A program made the translations under genes and the position numbers. Of a DNA stretch of 64,000 nt, positions 36,602 through 49,320 are shown piece after piece. Position 1 is the first letter of the stretch; every line of letters starts with the position of its first letter. The DNA is from Xylographa opegraphella (lineage: Eukaryota), in NCBI GenBank assembly GCA_022813865.1, contig JALDZX010000004.1, positions 558,001 to 622,000 on the forward strand, read 5' to 3'. The notes beneath the pieces are model-generated. The model ran no database searches, was not told the DNA's origin, and worked only from the letters and a program-made list of their open reading frames with translations.

Positions 36602-37186
36602 ATGGTTTTCTTGAAGTCCTCACCGAGACTCAGAAGTCTCCTTCTCCAACCATCCCGAAAATACATTCCCCAATCTATTACTCCTCAGCAATATCGCTTC
36701 TATGCTCATCAGTCCTACGGAGGAGGTGAGGGGGACCCGAAGGGCGAAACACCCCAACAACAGGGTGCAAACCCAGTATCAGCAGACAAAGAACATCCAG
36801 GTCCACCACCACCCAGTGTCGGCAAAGGGACCGGCGGAGGGCCTACCAAGGCCGGCAGTGATGGCAACGGTACGCAAGAACATGGCGGAGCAGGGAGTGA
36901 TAGTGGCAGTGGGTCTTCTGGATCGACGCAGTCCAAATCCGGTGCGTCGCCCAAAATCCACTCAGAGAACATGCCAACTGAGGAGAGTGCGGATGTGAAG
37001 AAACATAATGAGGAGCTGGAGAAAAGACACGATAGGGCCTCCAACAAGGTGGATGATGATGGGAAGGACAACGTGAGCAAGCAGTTTTGGAGTGGTAAGA
37101 CTTCCATTACAAAGTGTTCCCGGAATAGACTGGCCAGCTAATGTGTCGCTGCTACAGGTCATGGTGGCACTGATAAAGATCCATGA
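36602..37186 (+). CDS. Small hydrophilic hypothetical protein with mitochondrial-presequence-like N-terminus, 2 exons
   Basis: R/S/L-rich N-terminus, EHPGPPPPSVGKG, DVKKHNEEL and VSKQFWS|GHGG..DP*. Intron 37095-37157. Confidence 0.75.
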
Positions 37187-37899
37187 TCAAGGATGCTTAA
37201 TGTCTTATCGGGAATCATGTGGCATCTTCGCATTGGACTTTGTACATATCATTTCAGCGGCTATATCCAGATCCATGATGGCACTTTGGCCATGCTCGTT
37301 GCCTTGAAGCCTTATACGACTTTCAATATGTTTCTGGCCTTTTCCACGCGGCCGATCTGTTCGCCGGAGTCTGCGTACTCTAAACCGTAATTCGGATGTT
37401 TTGTAACTGCCTAGGTACCTACAAATATGCCAGCGCACTCATCTCCCGCGTTGTAATGTGTACCTAGTGGCTGTGGCTTGTAAACTAACCTTTAGCGGCC
37501 TGCTTGTGGCCGAAACGTCATAGCTGAAGCATCGGCGATCTGGAACGGGTGATGCAAAAGAATGTGGGAGAATCTTCCGACTCGAATCATTGTATCACAC
37601 AGGGCCTTCGACATATTTGTACCACGAGCCTAGGATTGTTTGTCCATATAGAGCACCGACATCTCATCGTGTTGATACTGGCTCACGCTAAATATTGCCT
37701 ATACAAAGCAATTGAACCTTGTTTTCACGCGCCGGTGAAGTAAGCTCATAACAACAAACGACGTCACCCCACAACTGTGGCTTAAGCTCGGCCGTTCCCT
37801 CTCGTCTCCCCTTTCTACGCCTTTTCATTAGTACCTCCAGAGATCTCTGGCTGTGATACACGTAATTTTCCAGCACAACACGGTACACTCATCTGCAAG

Positions 37900-39747
37900 A
37901 TGAAGATTTCACTCGCATCCATTCTGGTGTTGGCTTTGGCTGCTGAGGCCACGGCTTCAACTTGGTTCGGTAACTATGGTCAGTAGATGCTTAGTATATC
38001 CTGTACGCAATCAAGCACTAACACATATGCTTGACTTTTAGCATACAATAAATGGCACGAGACTGAACTTGAGCGATGGCTTTCGGATCACAATATTCCT
38101 TATCCAACTCCTGCTGATCGCAAAGACTTGGAGAATCTCGTGAAGAAGAATTGGGATACCAAGGTTGCTACCCCATATTCAGAATGGGAAGCTCCTCAGC
38201 TACAAGCCTACCTCAAATCAAAAGGTAAGGCTGTCCAGAAAGGCACCGAAACCAACAAGGAAAAACTTGTCAGTCAAGTTAAGAGCTCATGGACCGACTC
38301 TTCCGACTCGGCTTCCGATTCCTACCACAGCATGAAAGACTGGATTTTCAATAAGTCCCCCAGCAGTCCTTTGTTCTATCATTCACTGCTAATATATCTT
38401 CACGCAGCTGGACTGATTCGCAGCTTAAATCATTTCTTGACAAGCATGGTGTTCCGGCTCCACAACCCCGCAAGCGTGATAGCCTTCTCAAAAGTGCCAG
38501 GGAGAACTACGAATCCATCGCTAAGAAGCTTGGCCAGACCGCTGCATATCCCGGGGACTGGCTTTACGAACACTGGTCCGAATCCGATCTCAAAGAATTC
38601 CTTGACGAACGTGGTATCCCCGTTCCTCAGCCAACTACACGTGACAAACTCATCGCTTCAGTCCGTCGTAATTCTCGACTCGCAAGTCAAAGCATGAAAG
38701 ATTCTGCAGCTTCAGCATCTGCCTCTGCAAAAGCAGCCAAGGAGAGCCTAAGCGACTCACTTTTGGAGGCTTGGAGTGATAGTCAAATCAAGGAGTGGGC
38801 TGACAAGAACGGCATCAAAGTACCCCAAGGATCAAAGCGCAATGAGCTCCTTGCATTGGCCCGAAAACACCGTAGCCAGTTGACTGGAGACACTGTCGCA
38901 TCGTCTGCATCAAGTGCCTTTGGTGCCGCCTCGACCAAGGCTGGAAATGAGTTCGCGAAAGCAACTGATGATGCTCAACTGAAAGCTGAGGATGCGTTTC
39001 ATTCTGCCATTGGTACTTGGTCTGATAGCCGTCTCAAGGCCTTCCTCGATGCGCGCGGTGTTCCAGTGCCGCAAGCTGGAAAAAAGGACGACCTTATAGC
39101 CGCTGTGCGACTCAACAAACACAAAGCTGCCACTGGATTTTCTGCTTGGACATTTGATACTTGGACCACTGAAAACCTTAAGTAAGTTCATGTCTGGGTT
39201 CAATAATGCCGGCTGACAGTCTGTTAGGAAGTGGCTTTCGACGCAGAATAGCAAAGCTGCGAACAAAGCTGGCGCAACTCGGGAAGAGCTGATGAAGCAG
39301 GCGCAGGATAGCTATGCTAGCGCGTCTAAGTCTGGTGGATCACAATACGCCTCTGTGACATCTTATTTGGCTTCAGCCACTGATGCTGTCAAAGACACTA
39401 CTTTCGATACCTGGACAGACTCTGATCTCAAATCGTATCTCGACTCTTATGGCATACCTACATATCAGGGCACCACCACCGAGGAACTAAAGGCTGCCGC
39501 ACGTCGCAATGCAAACTATTTCCGTTATGGTACTTCCACTCCGCAAGGGACCATTTGGGCTCGGCTACAGGGATACTCTCAATGGGTTCTTGACCAACTC
39601 AAGATCGGAGCTTCTAGTGGACGTCAGGAGGCTGGCTATCAGGCAGAGAAAGCTGCCGACGCTGTCAAGGAAGGTGTCACGGCCGCTACGCACCGTGCAG
39701 GAGAACAAGCACAGAAAGCCAGCGATAAGGTCAAGGAGGAGTTGTGA
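37900..39747 (+). CDS. ish1: Ish1/Msc1-like stress-response nuclear-envelope/ER lumen protein (4 exons)
   Basis: Signal peptide, YNKWHETELERWLSDHNIPYP, repeated WS(D/E)SxLKxxLDxxGIPVP units and C-terminal KEEL. Confidence 0.9.
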
Positions 39748-40290
39748 ACATTAAACTATTTCGAACCTGATAAGTGGCGATGAAGGCGCAAAGTTGAGAT
39801 GCGAATAGGCAAAAGTGATATTGAAGGGATTCCTTGAATGAGGCGAAAGGTCATTGAGGAAGATTAGCTCAACTGTACATTAGTGAGAGAACAAAGAAGC
39901 CCTTGAGCAATAATACTGATAGTTGTAATGTATCTAAGTTCGCACTATTCGAGTTGTGCGGTCGCTGGTTTGCGGGGAGCGTGTCTCAAACCACAATTAC
40001 TCCTCTACCTAATATAGGTTGCAAGCCTATTTCACGTCATACTCACTTCATATATTTACATTATTCATAACTATTCGGACCTCCATTTCCAATCCAGCAT
40101 GGGACGTGGTGTTCGTAATCACCTCGTACTGACCATGATGTCAATATGGTCTATATGACTCAAGGAGCCGCACATTCATAGTGGCTACAATTCACTTTGA
40201 TTCCAACACTTGCTCGACGTCATTTTTGACAGCGGAGGAGCTTCCGTGGTCCTGCCTATTTATATCGGGAGTTCATGCTGCAGTCAAACC

Positions 40291-40704
40291 ATGTCTTGGT
40301 TTTCAATCCTTCCCAATAGCTTGATTGTACTGGAGACATGGATCGTTCGACTATTTGTGAGCATTGACCTTGCTTTAATCGTGGGCATGACTGATATTTG
40401 TTAATAGATCCTCCTTGGAATTTTGACCATTGGCCCGTGGGCTATTCTCATCATCTATGACCTTGTACTGTATATCGTCCGCGCTGTAACACACGAGATC
40501 CCATACGTTGGTGGCCGAGCTCGCGGTAGGCAAAGGCCGCGCGCCCCGAGCCTCGCCGAAAGACCTAGCGGAAGACCCAGGACATTCAGTCTTAGTGGGA
40601 CGATTGGTAGTGGTGGGGAAAGTGAGGAACATGAGGGGTTCAAACAAAGACAGAGTAGACTACGGTTGAGTGCGGAGACTCCGGAAGTAGTTGAGGACGA
40701 GTGA
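40291..40704 (+). CDS. Small fungal membrane protein of unknown function, 2 exons
   Basis: MSWFSILP...ETWIVRLF|ILLGILTIGPWAILIIYDLVLYIVR...GGRARGRQRPRAPSL, with a gtgagc...ctgat...tag intron. Confidence 0.75.
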
Positions 40705-41641
40705 GTGTGGTTCGACGTAGGTATATGCGAATTAAGTTTTGGATAATCATCGCCAATGGAACTCCAATCACGTTAGGAGTCCATGGGCCACTATGAAACT
40801 GGGCCCAACATCGGCATATCAGCATCCGGGAGGTCAAGCCCGCCATGCCCTCACAGCGTGAAAGGTATAACCGATAAAGCGGTGAAGAAGGGCACCACCA
40901 AAGAACCTCGTCTGAAGCAAAGAGTAACGACACCATTGGAAGTATCGCCCAACAACTGTTCATGATTGATACACCGTACATGATCGAAAGCCTCACATGA
41001 CGACTCTATGAATTGCAGTCCTTTCCGACCACAATTGAGAGCGGATGATACACGATCTGGTGGATGGCTTGCATTGATATGGTGCTGTTCTTCAAAGACC
41101 ACTTGTCAGTCATCGATTTGCCAGCAAAGTCGTCACACTTCTAAATATCACGAGCTCGGGACGACTTGACACTCGAAGGACTATACGAGATCATCGGGAT
41201 GCAAGCAGCTTATAATATCGTTCTGTTGCTAGTATTTTGCTATTCATTGTTACCAACCATATTTGGGGCTTCTGCGTCGGGTCGGTAGAATGACCTTGCG
41301 GCTGAAGAGTCGTGCAGATGTATGGCTGCCTTATGTATGAAATGCTTCCGACTTGCAATGCAGGGTTCCGGTCGTCACAAAGTATAGAAGCTGTTGTATG
41401 CGTTACACGGTGGTACACGATCTTGTCGATCAATATTCATGTTTGCTACATGGTTTGTGTCCCCGAATACGCCTGCCGTTGTGCCGGTTAAGCTTGATCA
41501 ATCTGAATGCCTTTGTGCTACGGCGAAAGACCTTAGTACAGATAAGAGCACCAATTCCTCGATTTTCCATTATGAGTTGAGCACCTACTCCACGATCAGA
41601 TATTCCAGCTCACCGTGCCACTATCTCTCGTCCCACCTCAT

Positions 41642-42499
41642 CATGCTGCGTAGTCCTGCTTACAATCCGTTGACGCCTATGCGATCGTCCCACGATGCAT
41701 ATCGATCACTACCAGCCACACCGATGGGAATGGATCCAAGATCAATGTCTGGTTCGGAGCTTCATATGGCTATGAATCAAGTAAGGACGGGCATAGACGC
41801 TTCGGACTACTTCCATCATCCCGGACGTACTTCTTACCCGCGGTATGATGGTGCTATGGCACCAACTGCACTGTATCCCGGCGACTTTGAGACTGATAGG
41901 CCCATGGCTCCATACGACCTTGAAATGGGGTCGTCTGAATTGAACCACCGGTATGGAATTTTCCGTGCTGCTTCTCACTAGTACGAGCTCACGCACGAGT
42001 TCTTCAACAGTATCAATGCGACCAATCTGGCAGCACAGCTTGCCAACAGTCAAGTCTCTTACTCCACCAAATATGGCAAACTATACCGTAAAGTGGTCTG
42101 GGTCATTGGAAGGATTGGCGGCTGATGGGTCGACAGCTCATATATGTGAAGACGGCCGATATCCGGCTGACTTCAATATTCCGAAAACGGTAGAGACGAT
42201 TCGTCTGTTGGAAGGTCGGCCCCATCCTCTTCTTTGGTGCCTTCTTCAGTCATTGATAGAACTGGATAATTCCCAGCGTTTTCATGGCTGACGCTACAAG
42301 AACAGGCTCATCACTCGACCGTATCTTCCAAGCTTACCGCCTGCCTGTAGACATCCGCCCTCTCGGGGCTGGCAGTCTGCACATGAGGGATGGCACCAAT
42401 AGTGCACGGCTTAGGCAGGCTAAGGTGTTGGCGTTGTTCGAGTATCTGGGAGCTTGGAAAATCGTAGAGCACGAGCGCTTGAAAAGGATTGGCTGGTAA
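41642..42499 (+). CDS. Hypothetical protein, probably 4 exons
   Basis: Three GT-AG introns join MLRSPAYNP..., INATNLAAQLANS..., HICEDGRYP..IPKTVETIRLLE and SLDRIFQAYRLP...KVLALFEYLGA in frame. Confidence 0.65.
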
Positions 42500-42960
42500 T
42501 TTTCTGTGATATTCCATATGAACTCGTAAGGAATTTGCAACGAATCAAGACAGGCATGGGGAACATGTAGACATTGTGAATTTATAGGCCAGATTAGGTG
42601 TCGCGCATCAGAAATTCTTGCTCGAAACAAAGACCGTAAATGTGCATGTAGATTGTGGTCTCAAAGTTGAGAATCATTCCACTATCAGCATGATCCGAAG
42701 TCGATAATACATACCTGATACAAGTTGAGGTGGTTAGCTCTTCGCTGCTGATGAGAAGTATCGCTTATGCAAGAAGAATCCTAGGCACGAATTAGGCCTG
42801 CCTCGGTACAGCTCTCGATATATCAAACTCTAATTCATCATTCAACAAGCACATTTTAGGCTTTGGACAGAGTCTCATAAACACTCGCAGCGTACAGCGA
42901 AACCTCCAAGACTACCGACCACCACCGAAATACCAAAGCGGTAGATCTAGCAGATTTCCA

Positions 42961-45461
42961 ATGACTCAAAACTCGAAGATCAAAGAGTTTCCGGACATAG
43001 GGTCGAAGCTCACCGCACCAACCAAGAAGTCGCTATTCGAACGACAAAAGGCCGAAGCCGAAGCCAAGCGGCATAGAGAGCAGCAGGAAACAGCTGCTGT
43101 GTATGAAGATTTCGTAAAGTCTTTCGATGACGTGGATGGCGATGCAGTGTCGGGCTCCGGTGGTACGCTCGGCGGCCCCACGGGGCTCTTTGGCGGACCC
43201 TCGAAGCGACATTTCAGTGGGCCTCCTGCCGGTGGCGGAGGTCGCGGAGGGATAGGCACCGGTCGTGGGAGCAGTGGACCGGGGAGTCTGGGGCCGCCAC
43301 CATCGTCGCTATCGCGGAAACGAGCGTTCGATGGGACTCCGTCGTCTGGCAGAGACTCTAGCCAGGGTTTGTTCGCTTTTGAGGATTCGGTGGCCGGATC
43401 GCTGGACACGAAAACCGCTTTTCAAACGTCGGACGATGAGGAGGAGAAGACTGGGCGGAGCAGAGCGCACGACAGAGCGGCGCCGAAGCCTACGATGCAT
43501 TTGTCCTCACTTCCACCGGGTACGTCCCCAGCTGTAGTCAAGTCTATTCTGCCTCCAGTACTGCAGGTCGATGCCGTGCGTCTACTCCCTCCCACCGGAT
43601 CTTCTATGGAGCGTCGATCACTATCGGCCATTGTCACTTTGGCCAAGGATACGCCAGCTATAGATATCGATACTGCGGTCAGTGCCTTGCAGAACAAGTA
43701 TCTGGGCTGGGGGTTCTATCTTTCTCTATCCCGACACCTGTCTTCTGCAGCGATTGGCTCAGGCATGCCAGCACCCACCGGACTCTCCTCCACTTCGTCG
43801 TTGCCCTTCGGTGCAAAGCCCATACCACCAACGCCGGGTGGCGGCTTTTCTCGAGGCCTACCAACAAGCTCCCACCGTGGTGGATACGCCCCGCCATCCT
43901 CATATGTGACAGCGAATTCAGGGCCGTTCGGACGCGGGCCTCCACCCGTGCAGGTCAACGTCGCCCCACCAGCCGATCTGAAACAACTCAAGCTCATCCA
44001 CAAGACACTCGAGGCCCTGCTGACGCACGGTCCGGAGTTCGAGGCCCTCCTCATGAGCAGGCCGGCTGTCCAGAAGGAAGAGAAGTGGGCCTGGCTGTGG
44101 GACGCCCGCAGCGCCGGCGGGATCTGGTACCGCTGGCGGCTCTGGGACCTCTTGACGGGCGCCCAGCAGCGCATAAAGGCAGGCCGCACCCGCAACAGCG
44201 ATGCATCGCAGTACGTCTTCGACGGCGGCGCCACGTGGGCGGCGCCGGAGAGGGTTCTCCCGTTCGAGTACGCCACCGCCCTGCACGAGTTCGTGTCCGA
44301 CTCCGAGTACGACTCCTCGGACGACGACGACTCCGGCGACGAAGGCCGCCGCCGCCACCAGCACTACCAGGGCGGCGCCCCGCCGCCGGAAGGCATGCTC
44401 GGCGTCATCGACAACGACGCGCAGTCGTACCTCAACCCGCTGCAGAAAGCCAAGCTCGTCCACCTGCTCGCCCGCCTGCCGACGTCGAACGCCAAGCTCC
44501 GCCGGGGCGACGTCGCGCGCGTGACCGCCTTCGCGATCCAGCACGCCGGCGAGGGCGCCGAAGAGGTCGTCGACCTCATCACCTCGAACGTGCACACGCC
44601 CTTTGCCTTCACGAGCGCGAACCCAGAGCACAGACCTAGCGCCGACGCTGCCAAGTCGGACGACGAAAACCCCAACCCCAGCGCCGACGACGCGCCCAAA
44701 CCGCCCGAGCACGAAGACCCCTCGCCCGCCAAACTCGTCGCCCTGTACACCATCTCCGACATCCTCTCCTCGAGCTCCACCTCGGGCGTGCGCCACGCAT
44801 GGCGCTACCGACAGCTCTTCGAAGCCGCGCTCGCGCGGCGGCAGACGTTCGCGCACCTGGGCCGCCTCGACAAGGCGCTAGCGTGGGGCCGGCTGCGGGC
44901 GGAGAAGTGGCGGCGCAGCGTGCTGGCCGTGCTCGGCCTGTGGGAGGGCTGGTGCGTCTTCCCTGCCGCAGCGCAGGAGGGCTTCGCGGCCGCGTTTGCC
45001 AATCCGCCGCCGACGCGGGCGGAGATGGCGGAGATGGAATTGGTGGCTGGGGAGGCGGGTGTGGTGGTGGAGAGGGCCGGGGGGGGGGGAAGTCGAAGTG
45101 GAAGACTGTGGAGGAGAAGGGGGGTGGGCGGGGCGTGGGAGGTGGGGAGGGCGCGGTGGAGGCGATGGATGTGGATGTGGATGTGGATGTGGATGGCGAG
45201 CCAATGGCCGAGGAGGACGTGGATGGGGAGCCGATGGCCGAAGACGAGGACGAGGCCGACGAGGCCGACATGGACGCGGAGCCGATGGACGAGGACGTCA
45301 GGCCCGACGCGCAGGCCGGGTCGCCGATCGAGGGTGCGCGCCACTCTGCTCCTGCACTCGCGGAGCCGGGCGCGGGCGCCGGGGAGCGGACACTGCTGCC
45401 AGGAGGGATGGGACGCCGACCGAAGGCGGAAGACATGTTTGCCGATTCGGAGGGCGAGTGA
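42961..45461 (+). CDS. U2 snRNP-associated SURP-motif protein (SR140/U2SURP-like; RRM-like, SURP, CID); apparent frameshift at a G run
   Basis: KSLFERQKAEAEAKR, AVYEDFVKSF, HGPEFEALLM..YRWRLW, KLVALYTISDIL, WGRLRAEKWRR..LWEGW. The natural tail KSKWKTVE..DVDGEPM..RRPKAEDMFADSEGE* lies in another frame after G11 at 45079-45089. Confidence 0.88.
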
Positions 45462-46152
45462 GTCGGGCGCGGTTTTGTGGGTGGGGGTGGGATGTTTGGG
45501 TCGCGAGTGGGGAGGGCGGAGAGGTCGGTGCTGCAACGAGGGAAGGGGGGTGGAGGGGTTTACGAGTTGGGGACCTGTGATTGATTGATTGCTCGGGAAC
45601 TGGGTGCGAGAAGACCGGGGGGGAAAGAAAGCGAGTGTAGAGTGTAGAGCGTAGAGCGTACCAACTAGGGAGTAAGGGACCGCGAGTATTATCCGAAACG
45701 CGCAGTCTTCTTCTCCACATCATGCAAAAAGGCTGGCTGGCTTGCATACTATACTATACTATACCATCCCGCACCGGGGTCATCAACGTCAAGGCATAGA
45801 AGAAGTATGGCGATCACATGCCTGCAACCAGCATGCACCAGCGACACCGACCCGACCATCAAGGAACAGCACGGGACCGACCACTGACTGACCGACCAAG
45901 CGAGGAACTCAATCAATTTCTGTACACCGCAGGTTTCAAAAGAGGAAAAACAGGGTGGGGAGACCGGATGAGCACGGTGCATCAACCGTCCCCTTTCGCG
46001 CACTCGCTCGCTCATCGCCCCAGCCTTCCAATTTCAAACTCCGTGCCCGAAAGCCCGACTCGGGGTATTGATTCTTTTACGCAGCCGTGCTCCGCACGTC
46101 GGCAACCAGGCACGGGGATACCACTTGCACCCCCCGGCCCCCCCACCAAGGC

Positions 46153-48359
46153 CTACAGCTCCTCCTCCATCGCCTCGCCGTGCGGCACAACCGATACTTC
46201 CCCGGACGCCGGCACAGCCCCTTGGATGCTCGGCTCGGACGCAGTCCCCCTCGCCGAGCCGACGGCATCCGCGCCCAGGGCAGGCATACTCGCCGACTCG
46301 GCGACACCTCCACTGCGCAAGGTAGCCTCGCTGGCGCGGCGCAACTCGCCCCCGAAATCGGCGCCGACGCCGGAGAAGCCCATTCCGAGGCCGAGGCCGC
46401 TGCCGCCACTCTCGCTCTTGCGGAACTCGCGCTCGAGGCCGGAGACGCTCGCGCGTTGCTTCTTCATCGGGGAGCCGACAATGCTGCCGTCCTCGAGCCT
46501 CTTCTCGCTGAGGCCCCAGATGCCTTTGTCGGCTTCGGCCCACGGGTCTGCGGATTCCGGCGTCGCGGCGGACCAGAGGTCTTTCGGTTCCTGCGGCGTG
46601 GAGGTGGCGGGTTCGTAGACGGCGCTGGTGAGGAGGGTGGGAGGGGAGTGGGCGGATGTGGGGGTGGTGCTGTTGGAGATCGACTTGCCTCTCGTCGCCG
46701 GAGCTTGGGAAGGGGAGTCGTGGGGAGGTTCGAAGGAGTGTTGGCGCTTGAGCTGGTAGGTCGTTAATAAGACATAAACAATTGACGGAAGACCGGGATT
46801 TCAATGGGCAGCACAAACAGTATTTGAAAGACGACGAAGTCAAACTGTACGAAGAAAATGGTCAGGCATACCTTGATCTTCTTCACTCCTTCCGACAACT
46901 CTCCTTGTCGTTTAGCATCCTCGGGGGACAGCAAACCACTCTTGAAGTCATCCCCCTCGACTTCCTCAGTTTTGAGGATCCCTTCCTCCTTCACCGCTTC
47001 ATCGTCATCGCTTTCCATCTCATCGTCGTTCATACTTTTCTTCGAGGTGGATTTGTCGCGGGGATCTGACGCGTCACGGAAAGTAGTAAACCCAACGGCG
47101 CCGCCTGGCTTCAAGGGCTTGAGATTAGCGAAGTCTGTCTGGACGGATCTTCGCTTCGCAGTAGACGACTCCGGCTTTTCGGGCTTCGACGATCTGAGGA
47201 TGCCCATTTTCTGGAGTTGTTCTTTCCTGAATGTTAGTCAAGTACACCATATATGGCCTGTGCACAACTCACTCTCTCCTCTATACAAAAACGTAAAGAC
47301 CGCATAAGGTTTGTCAGGCCCGTCTATACCGGTGACGGTCTGCGTACTTATCGTCTTCGGATCCAATGTCTTTGGCTTTGCAAAACTGGTAGTATGATCG
47401 ATATCCGCCTCCTCGGACGCTTCTCCATTGGTACCGTTCCCGTTCGCCGCGCTCTTACCGGCGTCCTCGTCGTCGTCATGGGCATCGAATTGCGGGGAAT
47501 ACTCTCCCTTCTTGATCTCGCCTGAAGCCAAGACTCGAAAGAGTGCCACCTTGATCTGACCTGTTGCTTCCGGAACGGGATCATCGTCGGATTCGTCATC
47601 CGATGAGAAAAGGTCATCCTCATCCGAGAGTTTTTCCAGTGGCGAATGCTCGTCCGTCCCGTATCTCAGTACCCCCTTGTCGAATCTTCCGGGCCTTTCC
47701 CATCGTGTCCCGTCGTCCTCGTCATCACTCCCTTTGACCTCGGCCCTCTTCCTTCGCTTCTTCTCCATTTTCTGTCGTCGTCTTTCGATCTTCGCTGCCA
47801 CGTCTTTCCCCTCCAAATCCAGACCATTCAGCCATCGTTCCAATCCTACTTCTCGGAAGAGAAATTCCCTTTCGGCCAGGCCACCGCCCTCGGCAGCCGG
47901 TACACTGACCCACCTTGAGTTCACCCATGTTTCCTCTCCCCTTCGCAGCAATGTCGCTACTTCTTCTTTTTGCCTACCATCAAAATATATGTATGCAGCT
48001 ATTGTTTCGTTGGGCGACGTAGTCAACGGTACGTATGGGCCAACGACACTGCTGTATTTTCCTCTTTCGCTCGTTATGCCCGGAAGTCCGCTCACCATTT
48101 GAGGTTTGGGATACGGATCATGGACGCTCGGTTTGGGGGTCGAATAAGGAACATTTAGGCCGGGCGTGAGAAGAGTGATCGATACCGCAAACGTCGACTG
48201 CTCAGGCTTGGCGGTGGCAGAGCTGGTGGTAACCTTGGGAGGTGGGACGGGTATGTAGGATGTTATCCGCGAGGCTCGTGTCTGCTTCTGGATCGAGTAT
48301 TCCGATAGCGGTCCATCTGGTGTATGGATGCTCACTGCCAAGCCCTTGAAGCACGGCAT
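46153..48359 (-). CDS. Conserved-looking fungal hypothetical protein (DUF7918-like beta domain, acidic/disordered tail), 3 exons
   Basis: MPCFKGLAVSIHT...AAYIYFDGR...GQIKVALFRV...PYAVFTFLYRGE|QLQKMGIL...GVKKIK|LKRQHS...SPMKKQRAS..EEEL*, joined by two GT-AG introns. Confidence 0.75.
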
Positions 48360-49320
48360 GCCTGACTCTCAATCCGACTGCTCCAATCGTGAAACGCCTC
48401 GACAGTGGAGTATAATAGGGTGGTCAAAAGCGCGTCGGGCAAAGAACAAGCTGAAATAAGCGAAGACGCAGAAGTGACAAACGATGGCCCCAAGGCGATA
48501 TACTTGCTTCGTACACGAGCCAAGCTGGAAGACGGTGCAATAAGTCTAGATCAAGAGTTGACTATCTGTCCCCACCATGACCCAGACAAGCTCTTTGTTC
48601 GGATGGGGGAAAAAAGAACTAGGCTTTCAACACACAGATGTTGTGGGCGAAGGTGCTGGGTGAGGATGGAATCATATCTATTATCCAAGATGTACTCTTG
48701 CTCGAGTGTAAAATCAAAGTCACGCAGTCGCAGCAGCAGACGTCAAGCTCACCACCGCTGAGACTGTGTGTGACATTCTTCCTTAATCTTGCGGCATGTT
48801 CAGACAGGAGCTTCCAGCACTCGTGGTGGCAGGGGCCGGCCCGGCGCGCTAGCGACACGGTCACGACACACTTCAACGCTCATGCCTGTTTCGGGTCATA
48901 CGCTCGTCCGTCGTGCTTTTTGTACCTGCTGTATTGCTTCTGGTTCTTGGTCATGATGCCTATGCAAGGAACACTCGTAATGCACTATATGCTCAGGGAC
49001 TTCACCAAATGGTCCAGATGGACTCCACTCTGCTCTCACATCGGAGTGACCGGTAACCTTTGAAAGGCCCGGATCAAAAGCAGAACTGGCCTCAGTCCAA
49101 GTTGATAAATACTGGAAACTATATAAGGATATTTCATACACCTGGCCTGGATCCACACTCCCGCTCACGGAAGCGCCACGTGAGTTGGTGCCGTTGAAAC
49201 CCCAGGAACTCCCCACGCCCCAACCCTCATACCCAGTTCCAATGTATGCTTTGCCATTTTCCACCCTACACTCCGTAATATCCCATGCAGTCGTCCCAGG
49301 TTAAGACCAAAGCGCTGTGG

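Noticed and set aside
45090..45588. C-terminus of the 875-aa ORF (WMWMWM...)
   Set aside because: Wrong frame after the G11 run; the (GATGTG)n repeat encodes DVDVD in the real tail.
43900..46850. Many long overlapping ORFs on both strands
   Set aside because: Stop-poor GC-rich DNA; explained by the two convergent genes.
48896..49264. 122-aa GTG-started ORF
   Set aside because: No ATG or splice link; lies in the 3' flank of the DUF7820-like gene and has no recognisable domain.
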